Source: Centroscyllium fabricii (taxonomy: Eukaryota). Taken from it: a stretch of DNA of 64,000 nucleotides. The position numbers were made by a program, and so were the translations under genes. This document shows positions 38,850 through 50,275 of the stretch, piece by piece; within the stretch, counting starts at the first letter, position 1, and each line of letters opens with the position of its first letter. The stretch is from NCBI GenBank assembly GCA_051313645.2, contig JBNRSN020000133.1, positions 992,001-1,056,000 of the forward strand, in the 5' to 3' direction. A model generated the notes under the pieces. That model saw nothing but the letters and a program-made list of their open reading frames with translations, ran no database searches and was not told the DNA's origin.

Positions 38850-41800
38850 ATGACTTACATATGACTGTAAAATGCATGATCAGTAAGTTCGCAGATGACA
38901 CGAAAATTGGTGGAGTGGTAAATATCGAAGACGATATAGCTGGCTTGGTCAGATGCGCAGAACAGTGGCAAATGGGATTTATCGCTGAAATGTGTGAGGT
39001 GATGCATTTTGGAAGGAATAACAAGTCAAGGGAATAGACAATGAATGGTAAGAATCTAGGAACGACAGAGGATCAAAGGGATGTTGGTGTGCATGTACAT
39101 AGACCCCTGAAAGCACAAGGATAGTTGGGTAAGGTGGTAAAAAAGGCATATGGGATACTTGCCTTCATTCGTCGAGGCATAGAATGTAAGAGCAGGTAGG
39201 TTATGATAGAGCTGCACAAAACGCTGGTAAGGCCACCGCTGGAGTACTGTATGCAATTCTGGTCGCCACACTATAGGAAGATTGTGATTGCGTTGGAAAG
39301 GAACATAGAAACATAGAAGATAGGAGCAGGAGTAGGCAATTCGGCCCTTCGAGCCTGCCCCGCCATTAAATGAGATCATGGCTGATCCTTCAGATTCAGT
39401 CCCCTGTCCCTACCTTCTCCCCATATCCCTTGTTCCCTTCAGCCTGAAGAACTATATCCAACTCCTTCTTGAATATATTTAATGAACCGGCCTCCACCGC
39501 CTTCTGTGGCAGAGAATTACACAGGTTCACCACTCTCTGGGTGAATAAATTCCCCCTCATATGAGTCCGAAATGGCTTTCCCCTTATCCATAGATTATGA
39601 CCCCTGGTTCTGGACTCCCCTTTCATCGGAAACATTCTTGCTGCAACCAGTCTATCCTGGCCTGACATAATTTTATAGATTTCGATGAGACACCCTCTCA
39701 ATAGTCTGAACTCCAGTGAGAATAAGCCCTATCGACTCAATCTCGCCCCATACGTCATTCCTGCCATCCCAGGTATCAGCCTGGTGATTCTTCGCTGCAC
39801 TTCTTCAATGGCAAGGACGTCCTTCCTCAGATGAGGCGACCTAATCTGCACAGAATACTCGAGTTGTGGTCTCACCAAGGTCCTGCAGAGCTGCATCAAG
39901 ACATCCTTGTTCTTATATTGTAACCCTCTTGCTCCGAAGGCCAACATACCATGTGTCTTCTTAAGCGCCTGTTGCACCTACATGCTTACCTTCAGTGACA
40001 GGTGCACAACACCACCAAGGTCACTTTGCACTTCCCCATCTCCCAATCTATTTCCATTCAAATAATAATCTGCCCTGCTGATTTTGCCACCAAAGTGGAT
40101 AACCTCACATTCATCCACATTATAGTGAATTTGCCATGTATCTGCCCAATCCCCCAATCTGTCCAAATCGCATTGGAGTTTCTCAACATCCGCCTCAAAG
40201 CATACCCTCCCACCCAGCTTTGTGTTGTGTGAAAATTTGGAGATATTTCATCCAATTCCCTTGTCTAGATCATTAATATATATTATCAACAGCTAGCGTC
40301 CTAGGACCGATCCTTGTGGTACGCCGCTAGTCACTGCCTGCCACTCGGAAAACGACCCGTTTATTCCAACTCTCTATTTTCTATCTGCCAACCAGCTCTC
40401 CTTCCAAGTTAATACCTTTCCCCCAATCTCATGAGCCTTAATTTTGCACGCTAATCTCTTATGATGGACATTATCGAAAATTGTCTGGAAGTCCAAATAC
40501 ACCACGTCTACTGGTTCTCCCTTAAATATTTTACCAGATACATCCTCAAAAAACTCCAGAAGATTAGTCAAGCACGGTTTACCTTTTGTAAATCCATGTT
40601 GACTCTGTTTGATCCCTTCACTGTTTTTCAAGTGCACTTCTATCACATCTTTAATATTGGATTCTCGCATTTTCCCCACTACCGATGCCAGGCTAACTGG
40701 TCTCTAAATCGCTGCTTTTCTTCTACCCCCTTTAATGAATAGTGGGGTAACATTAGCTACCCTCCAATCCATGGGTACTCTTCTAGAGTCTATCGTGTTC
40801 TGGAAGATGATCAGCAATGCAACTGCTATCTCGAGGGCCACTTCCTCAAGTACCCTAGGGTGTAGATTATCAGGCCCTGGGGTTTTGTCGTCCTTCAATC
40901 CCTTCAACATCCATAACACCATATCCATACAAATAGTGATGTCTATCAGTTCCTCCCCCTCATTAGTCCCTATGTTTCCCGACATCTCTGGGAGGTTATT
41001 TGTGTCCTCCTTTGTGAACACAGAAACAAAATGTGTATTTAATTGGTCTGCCATTTCCTTGTCCAACATTATGTATTCCCCTGATTCGGACTGCAAGGGA
41101 CCAACGCTTGACTTCACCAATCCTTTCCTCTTAATATGTCTATAAAAGCTTTTGCAGTCAGTTGTTATGGTCGCCAGAAGCTTACTTTCATAACCTATTT
41201 TTCTCCTCTTAAATAATCACTTTGTCTTCCTTTGCTTTATCCTAATCTGCTGCCAATCCTAAGGTCTGTTGCTTTTCTGGCCAATTTTCTACCATCTCTT
41301 TGGATTTTAATTTATCTCTAATTCCCCGTGTTATCCACGGTGGAGTCAACTTTTTTTGGTTTATTTTTATGAAAAATGGCAGAAACAAGTTTTGTAATTC
41401 TTCCATTCGATCTTTGAATGTTTGCCATTTTTCATCCACCATCAACCCCCCGAGCTACGCCATCCAATCATCCTATCGAACTCGCTTTGCATACCATCAT
41501 AATTCCCTTTACTTAAATTCAGGCCCTTAGACTCTGAGTCAATTTCTTCACGTTCCATCTTAATTGAGAATTCGAGAGGTTTGAGAGGAGATTCACCAGG
41601 ACATTACCTGGGCTCGAGCGCTTCAGCTATGAAGAAAGACTGGACAGGCTGGGGTTGTTTTCCTTAGAGCAGAGAAGGTTGAGGGGGACCTGATTGAGCT
41701 ATATACAATTATGAGGGGCATAGATATGCTAGATAGAAATTAACTTTTTCACTTTGTAGAGGGGTCAATAACAAGGGGAAATCGTTTCAAGGTAAGGGGC

Positions 41801-42072
41801 TGGAGGTTTAGAGGGGATTTGAGGAAGAACTCTTTCACCCAGAGGGTGGTTGGAATCTGGAACTCACTGCCTGAAAGGGTGGTAGAGGCGAGAACCCTCC
41901 CAATATTCAAGAAGCATTTAGATGAGCTCTGGAAATGTCATAGCATACAAGGCAACGGACCAAAGGCAGGAAAATGGGATTAGAATAGACAGGGCTTGCT
42001 AGCCGGCAGGGAGGCGATGGGCCGAAGCGCCTATTTATGTGCTGTATAGCTCTATGATTCTATGACTCTATG
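38850..42072 (+). mobile_element. CR1 fragment (38850-39300 and ~41575-42072) split by an opposite-strand CR1
   Basis: ...CACTATAGGAAGATTGTGATTGCGTTGGAAAG at 39300 continues as GAGAGGAGATTCACCAGG at ~41583; (CTATGA)n tail at 42052. Confidence 0.8.
39302..41572 (-). mobile_element. CR1 LINE, ~2.3-kb 3' portion
   Basis: Minus ORFs with PGPDNLHPRVL, DWRVANVTPLF, HGFTKGKPCLTNL and RPQLEYSVQ; (ACATAGAA)n tail at 39302. Confidence 0.9.
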
Positions 42073-42874
42073 AGACCAGAACTGAAGTTAGGAGCGGGGA
42101 AATCGCGTTCCAATAACATTCCCCTTTCCGTCCTTTAACTGAGGTTAAACCAAGCAATATCTGTGTTAAAACCGAGATCAGAGGAAACGCTTCCCAACGC
42201 TGGAAATGCTGTTTCGCCACAGCCATCAATACTGATGTCCAGGCAGTGATGTCCGATGGAATGAATGCTCATCAGAAATCCGACTGAGTTAATATCATTA
42301 ATAATCAGATCGGAAAAGTCTGTCACGGTTTGAACTTTAACCTTGGCCATTAACACTTCCTTGTTGCCAGTTTAGATTACCAAAGGTATGAATGAGAACT
42401 CACACCCGGTGTCACATCTTTCAATTACATGATCGCTATTCCGATGCGAGTCGAATTATTGGACGCAAGTTCCAGCAAATATCGATAAAAACAATTTGGA
42501 TCGCGACATCTGGGAAGATCATCGGGAGATTTTCAGCTCCACGAGCGCATATTTAACCATTTCCAGCTGGTGATTTAACGCCCACGGACATGAATGTGCG
42601 CAACAATCCGCGGGCGGAGCGCAATTTCAAGGTTTGTGCTCCAGGAACACGTGCAAAGGGCAACAGCGGAAAGGCGCCATTTGACTGTCGCAGCGAGACT
42701 AGTATCGGCAGAGTAACTGCACCATGCAGGCCTCATGTGTGCCGCTAGACTCGGCTACTCTGAGGGGTTCAGAGAGAACATGTCTCTGCGCTTTAGGGAC
42801 ATTTACACACGAGCCTTCCAATGGGATTAACTTTTGGTGCTTTTCAGGATGTAGTGCATGTTATAATCATACAA

Positions 42875-45410
42875 CCGTAGAACTTTACGGCACAGAAGGA
42901 GGTCATCGTGTTTGTGTGGCTGCCAGAAAAGAGCTCTCCAGCCCAAACCCACGTCCCAGCTCTTGGTCCGTAGCCTTGTCGGTTATGGCACTCATGTGCA
43001 CATCCAAGCACTTTTTAATTGTGATGACGGTCTCTGCCACTACCACACATTCAGACAGTGAGTTCCAGACCCACACCACCCTCTGGGCGACAAAGGTTCT
43101 CCTCAAACACCCTATAAACCTTACACCAAATACTTTACATCTATGCCCCACCGGTCATTGACCTCTGTGCTGAGGGCAATCGATCATTCCTGTCGACTCT
43201 ATATAGGCCCCTCATCATTTTATACACCTCAATGTGGTCTCCCCTCAGCCTCGTATCTTATAAAGAAAACAACCCAGCCTATCCAATCTTACCTCATATT
43301 CTCCATTCCTGGTAACATCCTTGTAAATCTCCTCTGTACCCTCTCTTCTGCAATCACATCTTTCCTGTAATGTAGTGACCAGAAATGTACAAGGTACACT
43401 AGCTGTGGCCTAACTTGTGTTTTATACAGACCAAGCATAACCCCCCCCCCCCTGCTCTTATATTATTTGCCTCGGCTAATAAAGGAAAGTATCCCGTATG
43501 CCTTATAAACCATCTTATCTACCTGTCCTGCTACCTTCCGGGATCTGTGGACATGCACTCTAAGGACCCTCGTTTCCTCTACTTACTCAGTATCCTGTCA
43601 TTAGGTCTGTTGTATCTTGCGTTGATAGCTGCCCTCACCCCAATATATTACTTCACACTTCATGGATTTATTTCCATTTGCCAACTTTCTGCCCAGTTTC
43701 CATTCTATTGATATATTCCTGCAGTCCACAGCTTTCGTCCTCACAGTCAACCACACGGACAATTTATTATATATTTGGCAAACTTCTTAATCGTGCCCGC
43801 TACATTGCAGTCTAGATCATTGATATATGCCACAAAAAACAAGGGATCTGGTACGGAGCCCTGCGGAACCCCACTGGAAACAACCTTTCAGTCACAAAAA
43901 CACCCAACGACCATCGTCCTTTGTGTCCTGCCTCTGAGTCAATTTTGGATCCGACATGCCAATTTCCCTTGAATGTCATCAGCTTTTACTTTCTCGCCAA
44001 TCTGCAGTATGCTGCATTGTGAAAAACATTGCTAGAATCCATGTAAACTACATCAAACACACTAACCTCATCAACCCTCCTCGTTTTCTGTTCAACAAAT
44101 TCAATCACGTTAGTCAGACTTGAACTTCCTTGACACCTCCATTCTGACTGTGCTTGATTAATCTGTGATTTTCTAAATCTCGATTAATACTGTCCCTCTG
44201 AATTTTCCAGTAATTTTTCCACAACCGAGTTTAGGCAGACTGGTCTTCCCTTTTATCACTTTTAGAAGAATGATACAACATTAGCAGGCCTCCGGTGCTC
44301 TGGCAGCTCAGCTATACACAGAGTGGATTGGAAAATTATCATCAGTCTCCTCTATCAGTCACTAAACACATCCTCTCTGATAAAGAAGGCCCAACAGCGC
44401 CTGTATTTCCTAAGGAAGCTGAAAAAGCCAAGCTGTCATTCGGCATCCTCTCCAACTTTTACCACTGCACAATCGAAAGCATACTGACAAGCTGCATCAC
44501 AGTCTGGTATGGAAACTGCACCATTTCGGTCCAGAAGGCCCTGCAGCGGGTATTCGAAACTGCCCAACGAATCACCGGCACCCAGCTACCATCAATTGAA
44601 TGCATCTACCTCAAACGCTGCCTAGGGAGATCTCAGAACATTATAAAATACCCCACACACCCCAGCAACAGTCTGTTTGCCCCCCTGCCCTCCGGGAGAC
44701 GTTACAGATCAATTCGCACCCGCACGACCAGTTTCAAGAACATCTTCTCCCCCTGGGCTGTCAGCCTCCTGAACTCTAACAAAAAAGTCCAGTGTCTGCA
44801 CACCTCCAATGTACATTACGGTATGTAATTGTATGTAATCTATTTGCACTACTCTTGGGAGCGGCGAGTCTTCATCTCGTTGTATTGTACCAGTACTCTG
44901 CAATGACAATAAATTTGAATTTAACTGAATTGAATTTCCTCCCTTGCCTCTCTTGACAGCCTGGGAAACATTTCGTCCAGGGCTGGCGATTTATCTACTT
45001 GCATTTATGCTGAACCCCTTAATATTGCCTCTCTCACAATGATTATCTCATCTAATATTTCACACATCCTCCTCCTTAATTACAATGCCTGCATCGTCCG
45101 TCTCTTTTTCGAAGGCAGAAGCAAAGTCATGATTTAAAACCACGCCCATGTCTTCGGCCTCCACACACAGTTTAGCTTTACGGTCTCTGATAGGCCCTGA
45201 TTTTTCCTTAGTTTCTCTCCTGTTCTTTAAGAATTTTAAAAACTCCTTTGGATTTTCATTGATGTTACTTGCCAAAATTAGTTCATGCCCTCTCCTTAAG
45301 TACCTAATTTCGCTTTTAATTTCACCTCTGCACTTTCTATACTCCTCCAGGATTTCTACAGTAATTAGCTCTCTGTATCTAACATAAGCTTCCCTTTTTG
45401 CCGCATCCTG
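42875..45410 (-). mobile_element. Degenerate CR1 LINE hosting a Rex1 insertion
   Basis: FVAQRVVWVWNSL near 43080, GGTTCCGCAGGG region at ~43860, ENPKEF..GPIRD ORF 45060-45485. Confidence 0.8.
44360..44937 (+). mobile_element. Rex1/Babar-type non-LTR retrotransposon 3' fragment
   Basis: ILSNFYHCTIESILTSCITVWYGNC...LQRV..AQRITG..LPS..HP..LF.PLPSGRRYRS; tail ACAATAAA(TTGAA)n. Confidence 0.85.
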
Positions 45411-45863
45411 ACTGGTGTTGTTCCATTTAGACCTATTGAAGCTGGTTCTTTGTGTTCTGCCACGAAGATAGACCCGCGGTGTCACAGCTCATCACCAGAT
45501 AAAGGCTTTTACCGGGTTAGTGATAATGGAGGACCTTCAGACAACCCGATCCATTACTTGAAAGCTGGTTAGACGGATGGACACTCCACTTTGAACCACT
45601 GGGGGCCCTTGTTCGCATTGGCCCTGCCGCTGGTAGACAGAAGTTTGTTTGATTTAATTTTTAATATTCGGCAGCTAAAGTCTCAATGCGAAGTCATCAA
45701 ATTCACAGCAGAACTCAAGCTAGAAGAATAATGCAATTCGCTTATGCAGCCAAAATATTACACGGAATGCTCTGCACGGTATGCACCTAAGATATAGAAA
45801 TATCTAGAAGTTACAACAATATAATATGATGTGGATGTGCCGGTGTTGGACTGGGGTGGACAA

Positions 45864-46277
45864 TTGCAAGAAGTCACACAACGCCAGGTTATAGTCCAAC
45901 GTTTTTTTTTAAAACACAAGGTTTCGGAGCTTCTGCCACTTCGTCAGGTGAAAGAGAAACTGACTTCAAGAACGGACATATGGGAGAAAGGGAGAAATCA
46001 GATCTCTCCCACATCTCACCTTAGCAGAGATGGACAGGGCACACAAAGGCTTATTAACATATTTTAACACGTGTTAAAATATGTTAATACGCCTTTGTGT
46101 TCTCTGTCTATCTCTGCTAAGGTGAGATGTGGGAGATCAGATTGCTCGCTTCCTCCCATATGTGCGTTCTTTAAGTCAGTCTCTCTTTCACCTGACGAAG
46201 AGGCAGAAGCTCCGAAAGCTAGTGATTTAAAATAAAACTGTTGGACAATAACCTGGTGTTGTGTGACTTCTTGCAAC
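45864..46277. repeat. Spacerless inverted repeat of Penelope-like terminal sequence (~207-bp arms)
   Basis: Centre TAACATATTTTAACAC|GTGTTAAAATATGTTA at 46070/46071. Outer ends TTGCAAGAAGTCACACAAC and GTTGTGTGACTTCTTGCAA are reverse complements. Confidence 0.92.
46188..46225 (+). ncRNA. Hammerhead ribozyme-like motif with weakened stem II; mirrored copy at ~45915-45952 (-)
   Basis: TCAC CTGACGA A GAGGC-AGAA-GCTCC GAAA GCTA GTGA. Confidence 0.55.
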
Positions 46278-46399
46278 AATTAAATAAACCATTAGAGACA
46301 AGCAGTCCATTTGACTCAATCAGTCCAAACTGACGTTTAACACCCACTCCCACCACCTTCGCCCCCCCACACAAGCAACTAGTTCTAATCACTTTTAAC

Positions 46400-47440
46400 C
46401 GCCTTTATTCACATCTTTCCATTCCTTTCCTACATCCACCTATCCAATCTAATCGTAAATGTTGATATGGTTTCTACCTCAAGTTATAAGCCTGAAAGTG
46501 AATTCCACAGCCTCACAACTCTCCGTGTGAAGATGTTTCTACTGATTATTGTTCTAAATCACTTACATTTAATCTTGCATCTATGGCCCCTCGCTCTTGG
46601 TCCTTCAACCAATAGAAACAATCTTCTTATATCTACCCCGTACCATTATTGCATCATGTTAAAGACTTATTTTACTCAAGCTCATAATCTACATTATTCT
46701 AACGAAAATTGAGCCATTTTCGAACCTTTCTTTAAATCTACATCTCATCATACCAGGCAGCATTCTAGTGAATCTGTGTTGTACAATCTTTAAGTCTTCA
46801 ATATCGACAGTATAGTGTGGAGACAAATACTGCACACATTACGCTAACTGAAGTATTATTAATCTTTATATATGCTTAGGATTACCTCTTGTTTTTTACA
46901 TTCTGTAACTCTGGTGATAATACCGAGAATCCCATCAGCTTTTTTTACAGCCTTATCAAGCTGCGGTGCTTCTTCACTCTTCTCTCCCACTGCACCGAGC
47001 CCACTTCCATTCAGAGGATCATTATTATTCCTTTCACATAAATCCGTCAGCTCATACTTGCTGAAGTTTACTTCCAACTGCCACGTTTCAGCTCATTCCT
47101 CCATTGTAACAATATCACTCAGCATCTTCCGTTGGTCTTCCCAATAATGACCTCTGCCTCTTGTTAAAATGTTCACATTTCGACAGACTCTCTTTCGGCC
47201 AAGACCCAATTCATTGATATACGTGGCGAACAGAAGAATCACCAGAACTGATTCCTGTAGGAAGCATCTACCCATTTCCAACTGCTCTCAATATAATGAG
47301 CTCTCTGCTGTCTCTCTACTAATATCTATTAATCCAGTGTGCTTTCCTCTCCTTAATTCTCTACTCATTACCCGTTACTTAATGTCCGCTTTAGTAACTT
47401 GGCAAAGGCTTTCCTAATGTCCAGTTACATTATCAAATAT
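46400..47440 (-). mobile_element. Old, highly degenerate CR1
   Basis: QLDKAVKKADGILGII and GAATTCCACAGCCTCACAACTCTCCGTGTGAAG remnants. Confidence 0.65.
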
Positions 47441-47489
47441 ATTACTGAAGATCGATAGAATAAAGCACAATCCAAACTGCAGTTCTAGA

Positions 47490-47875
47490 CAGAAACATAG
47501 AAGATAGGAGCAGGAGTCTGCCATTCGGCCCCTCGAGCCTGCTCCGCCATTCAATGAGATCATGGCTGATCATCCAAATTCAGTACCCCTTCCGTGCTTT
47601 CTCCCCATATCACTTGATCCCTTTACCTTTAAGAAATATATCTAACTCCTTCTCGAATATATTAAATGAATTGGCCTCTACAGCCTTCTGTGGAATAGAA
47701 TTGCACAGGTTCACCACTCTCTGGATGAAGACATTATTCCTCATCTCTGTCCTAAAGGGCTTACCCCATATCCTTAGACTGTGACCCCTGGCTTTGGACT
47801 CCCCGGCCATCGGGAACATCCTCCCTGCATCAAGTCTGCCTAATCTTGTTAGAACTTTATACATTTCAATCAACG
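47490..47875 (-). mobile_element. CR1 3' end about 400 bp upstream of the IgNAR promoter
   Basis: ORF 47610-47888(-) has QRVVNLCNSIP; tail AGAAACATAGAAGATAGGAGCAGG. Confidence 0.88.
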
Positions 47876-48239
47876 CGGCCGGTGCCAAGCAGTAGATCCG
47901 TGATTACCGCGGGGCGGTCACACAGTTTCTCACAGTAAAGGAATTAGACTTTCCGTAGGATTTGTTTTGTGAGCGCTTTTTCAGAGGTAACTGTGTCAAG
48001 CTGGCATATAAGCGTGGATATTATTATTAATATAGAATTAAATCATCGCAAAATGATTAAACTAGGAATATATGGTAACACATTCAGCGTGGATGCAAAC
48101 AAACCAAACACAGTTACAGTGAAGTGTATTCTCTAGATCTCCACTGATCTGTTCATGTTAATTGGTGCAATTGCCAACAGTGTGACTATGGGTATTGGGG
48201 ACAAAATGCAGCCCCTCACAGCCCGTGAACTATACTCAC

Positions 48240-48300
48240 TACTATTGGTCCCACACTCCGCCCCATGCAAATGAGCCCAGTCTCTCGAGGCTCATAAGGC
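48240..48300 (+). promoter_or_regulatory. IgNAR V promoter: inverted CCAAT (48244), GC box (48256-48264), octamer ATGCAAAT (48265-48272), TATA-like CATAA (48293)
   Basis: Perfect Ig octamer 126 bp upstream of the leader ATG, in VH-type orientation; second near-octamer ATGCAAAC at 48093. Confidence 0.8.
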
Positions 48301-48390
48301 GCTGCTCAGACACACACGGTTACACAGAGCAGTCGCTGCTGGGCTCTGGTGTTTGCTCCGTTTAAAGTGATCCCTGCTGGTGAAGAAATA

Positions 48391-48433
48391 ATGAATATTT
48401 TCTGTGTTTCGGTCCTTTTAGCCTGGTTACCAA
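48391..48433 (+). CDS. IgNAR: IgNAR leader exon (MNIFCVSVLLAWLP-N)
   Basis: ATG, hydrophobic signal peptide, phase-1 donor A|GTAAGT; 140-bp intron ends TTTCTCCATTCAG. Confidence 0.93.
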
Positions 48434-48573
48434 GTAAGTTTTGTTTGGTAAAGAGATTACATGTTAATTGGATAACATTGTGAGGCAGAGTCTACATTGT
48501 AGAAATTTCCCTGCCTTTAAACTCCGGTATTGTTTCAGATACGTGATGCATTAAATATATTTTCTCCATTCAG

Positions 48574-48850
48574 ATGCCTTCGGTATAAGAGTAGACCAAA
48601 CACCAAGAACGGCAACGAAAGAGATAGGCGAATCGCTGACCATCAACTGCGTCCTAACTGATACCAGCTATGCTTTGTACCGCACAATCTGGTACCGGAA
48701 AAATCCGGGTGCATCAAACAAGGAAAGGATGTCGATTGGCGGCCGATATGCTGAAACAGTCAACAAGGGAGCAAAGTCATTTTCTCTGCGAATCAAGGAC
48801 CTGACCGTTGAAGACAGTGCCACGTATATCTGCAACGCTGATCATACTAT
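48574..48850 (+). CDS. IgNAR: IgNAR variable (VNAR) exon, no non-canonical cysteines (type IV/IIb-like)
   Basis: (N)[95 protein letters not shown] framework lacking CDR2; Cys 48648, Trp 48690, Cys 48831; in frame with the leader. Confidence 0.97.
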
Positions 48851-48889
48851 CACAGCAATGGAGTTGGCGGTTCCTGCAATACACAAACT
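48851..48889 (+). other. 23-RSS 3' of V
   Basis: CACAGCA + 23-nt spacer + ACACAAACT. Confidence 0.9.
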
Positions 48890-49078
48890 ACCAGCACACT
48901 TTGCTAGAAGATGACGGGAACTATTTATCTGTTGCTTACTCAGGAAGAGAAGATGCTCAGTATTTTGGAGGGATAATGCTGTTGGTTATAAAACAAATCC
49001 TGACAAGAAGTATTGAGTTAGGAATCTGGTTTGCAGCAAGTGTCTGGACCCCAGGTTCTTGGACTGATGCACATGGAA

Positions 49079-49155
49079 CCTTTTTGTACTGGTCTCTGTG
49101 ACTGTGGGTCTGGGACACACAGTAATGAATCTTGGATTCCCGTAATACATAAACT
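49079..49155 (+). other. IgNAR: First free D segment GGTCTGGGACA (49107-49117) with 12-RSS and 22-RSS
   Basis: CCTTTTTGT-12-GACTGTG | D | CACAGTA-22-ACATAAACT. Confidence 0.9.
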
Positions 49156-49480
49156 GTCCCCACACCTCTTAATAAAACGTTGGTACAGATTATTATCTCG
49201 CTGTCTAATAACCTCACGGTTAAATGCTCATTGTATCTGTCAGACACTGGGTGGAATATTGAAGCCTTTCCTCTATTAATTTCCGTGATTTTTCAATCAA
49301 TGATATGATCATTTTGATAATGGAAATTGATATTTCGCCAGGACATTTATGAGTGGCTTGGAATTATAAACATCTACGGGGATCCCAATATAAAGGCAAT
49401 GATTTGAATCATATTTACTGCAATTTTAAATCACTATCTTGGAATATCTGAAGGGTTTTCTGCAATATTTGCAACAATGG

Positions 49481-49549
49481 AGTTCTTGTGCTGGAGTGAA
49501 ATGATGTGTATACTCGAGTGACACAGTGATTCGGGCCATGGCACAAACC
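49481..49549 (+). other. IgNAR: Second free D segment TATACTCGAGTGA (49509-49521) with 12-RSS on both sides
   Basis: AGTTCTTGT-12-TGATGTG | D | CACAGTG-12-GCACAAACC. Confidence 0.9.
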
Positions 49550-49859
49550 TCTCCAACAGTTATTTGTTTTCCTATCGTGAAGGTGGCTGCATAATGTGCT
49601 TCTTACCCATGGATGTTGCTGCATAGAGCATGAAATCAATTCCAATTCGAAATTTGGTTGAATTCTTTCTGCATTCCATGATATTAAATCAATGAATCGT
49701 CATCATATTTATTACAGGAGTTGGCATTGCACATAATGAATATCTGGATGTATAGAAACTGACGGAAATGAAGATTTATTAATGATGCCAGTATCTTGGG
49801 AAGGTCCTTGTAGCAGTGAAGTTTTGGTGTATTTATTCCATGATCTTTGGTTCAATTAC

Positions 49860-49898
49860 CCTTTTTGAACTGGGTTGACTGGGAGCTGACTGACTGTG
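49860..49898 (+). other. 23-RSS 5' of J
   Basis: CCTTTTTGA-23-GACTGTG. Confidence 0.85.
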
Positions 49899-49948
49899 TA
49901 GCTTCTACGACGTCTACGGAGCTGGCACCGTGCTGACTGTCAACCCTG
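49899..49948 (+). CDS. IgNAR: IgNAR J segment (SFYDVYGAGTVLTVNP)
   Basis: YGAGTVLTVN motif typical of VNAR FR4; phase-1 donor G|GTAAGT at 49949. Confidence 0.95.
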
Positions 49949-50144
49949 GTAAGTGACCTCTCGCTGCTTTATTGTGAAGATTTTGATCCTAGGATTTATA
50001 AAGAATCAGTTTTGTCGTTAAAATTGCCTGAAGCGCAAAACACAATAGCCAAAATTCTTTTTGAAGAGTCGGTTATGTTTGTTGTCAATTTATTGAGATT
50101 AAAGTTAAAACTGGGTTTCAAAAGCGATTTTGCCAGACAATAAA

Positions 50145-50275
50145 AGAAACCTGTATTTAAATATAAAACGTACCTCCTAGCAAAACTGTATTTAAATATA
50201 AACGTACCCCCAAACATCCCTGTATTTAAATAAAGAACTTACCTCTAAACAAACCTGCATTTAAATATAGAAATC
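50145..50275. repeat. AT-rich ~34-bp repeat x4
   Basis: CTGTATTTAAATA.AAACGTACC-like units 200 bp downstream of J. Confidence 0.8.

Noticed and set aside
42500-42575. GGAGATTTTCAGCTCCACGAGC resembles C1 GDFSSTS; FSSTSAYLTISS resembles a V strand
   Set aside because: No Cys/Trp framework around it and a stop follows immediately; probably chance.
48675-48914. ORF-track call for the V region
   Set aside because: Its start and end are artefacts; the true exon is defined by the acceptor at 48573 and the RSS at 48851.
48574-49948. NAR-TCR V instead of IgNAR
   Set aside because: J splices in phase to an IgNAR C1 exon; no supporting TCR delta V is seen.
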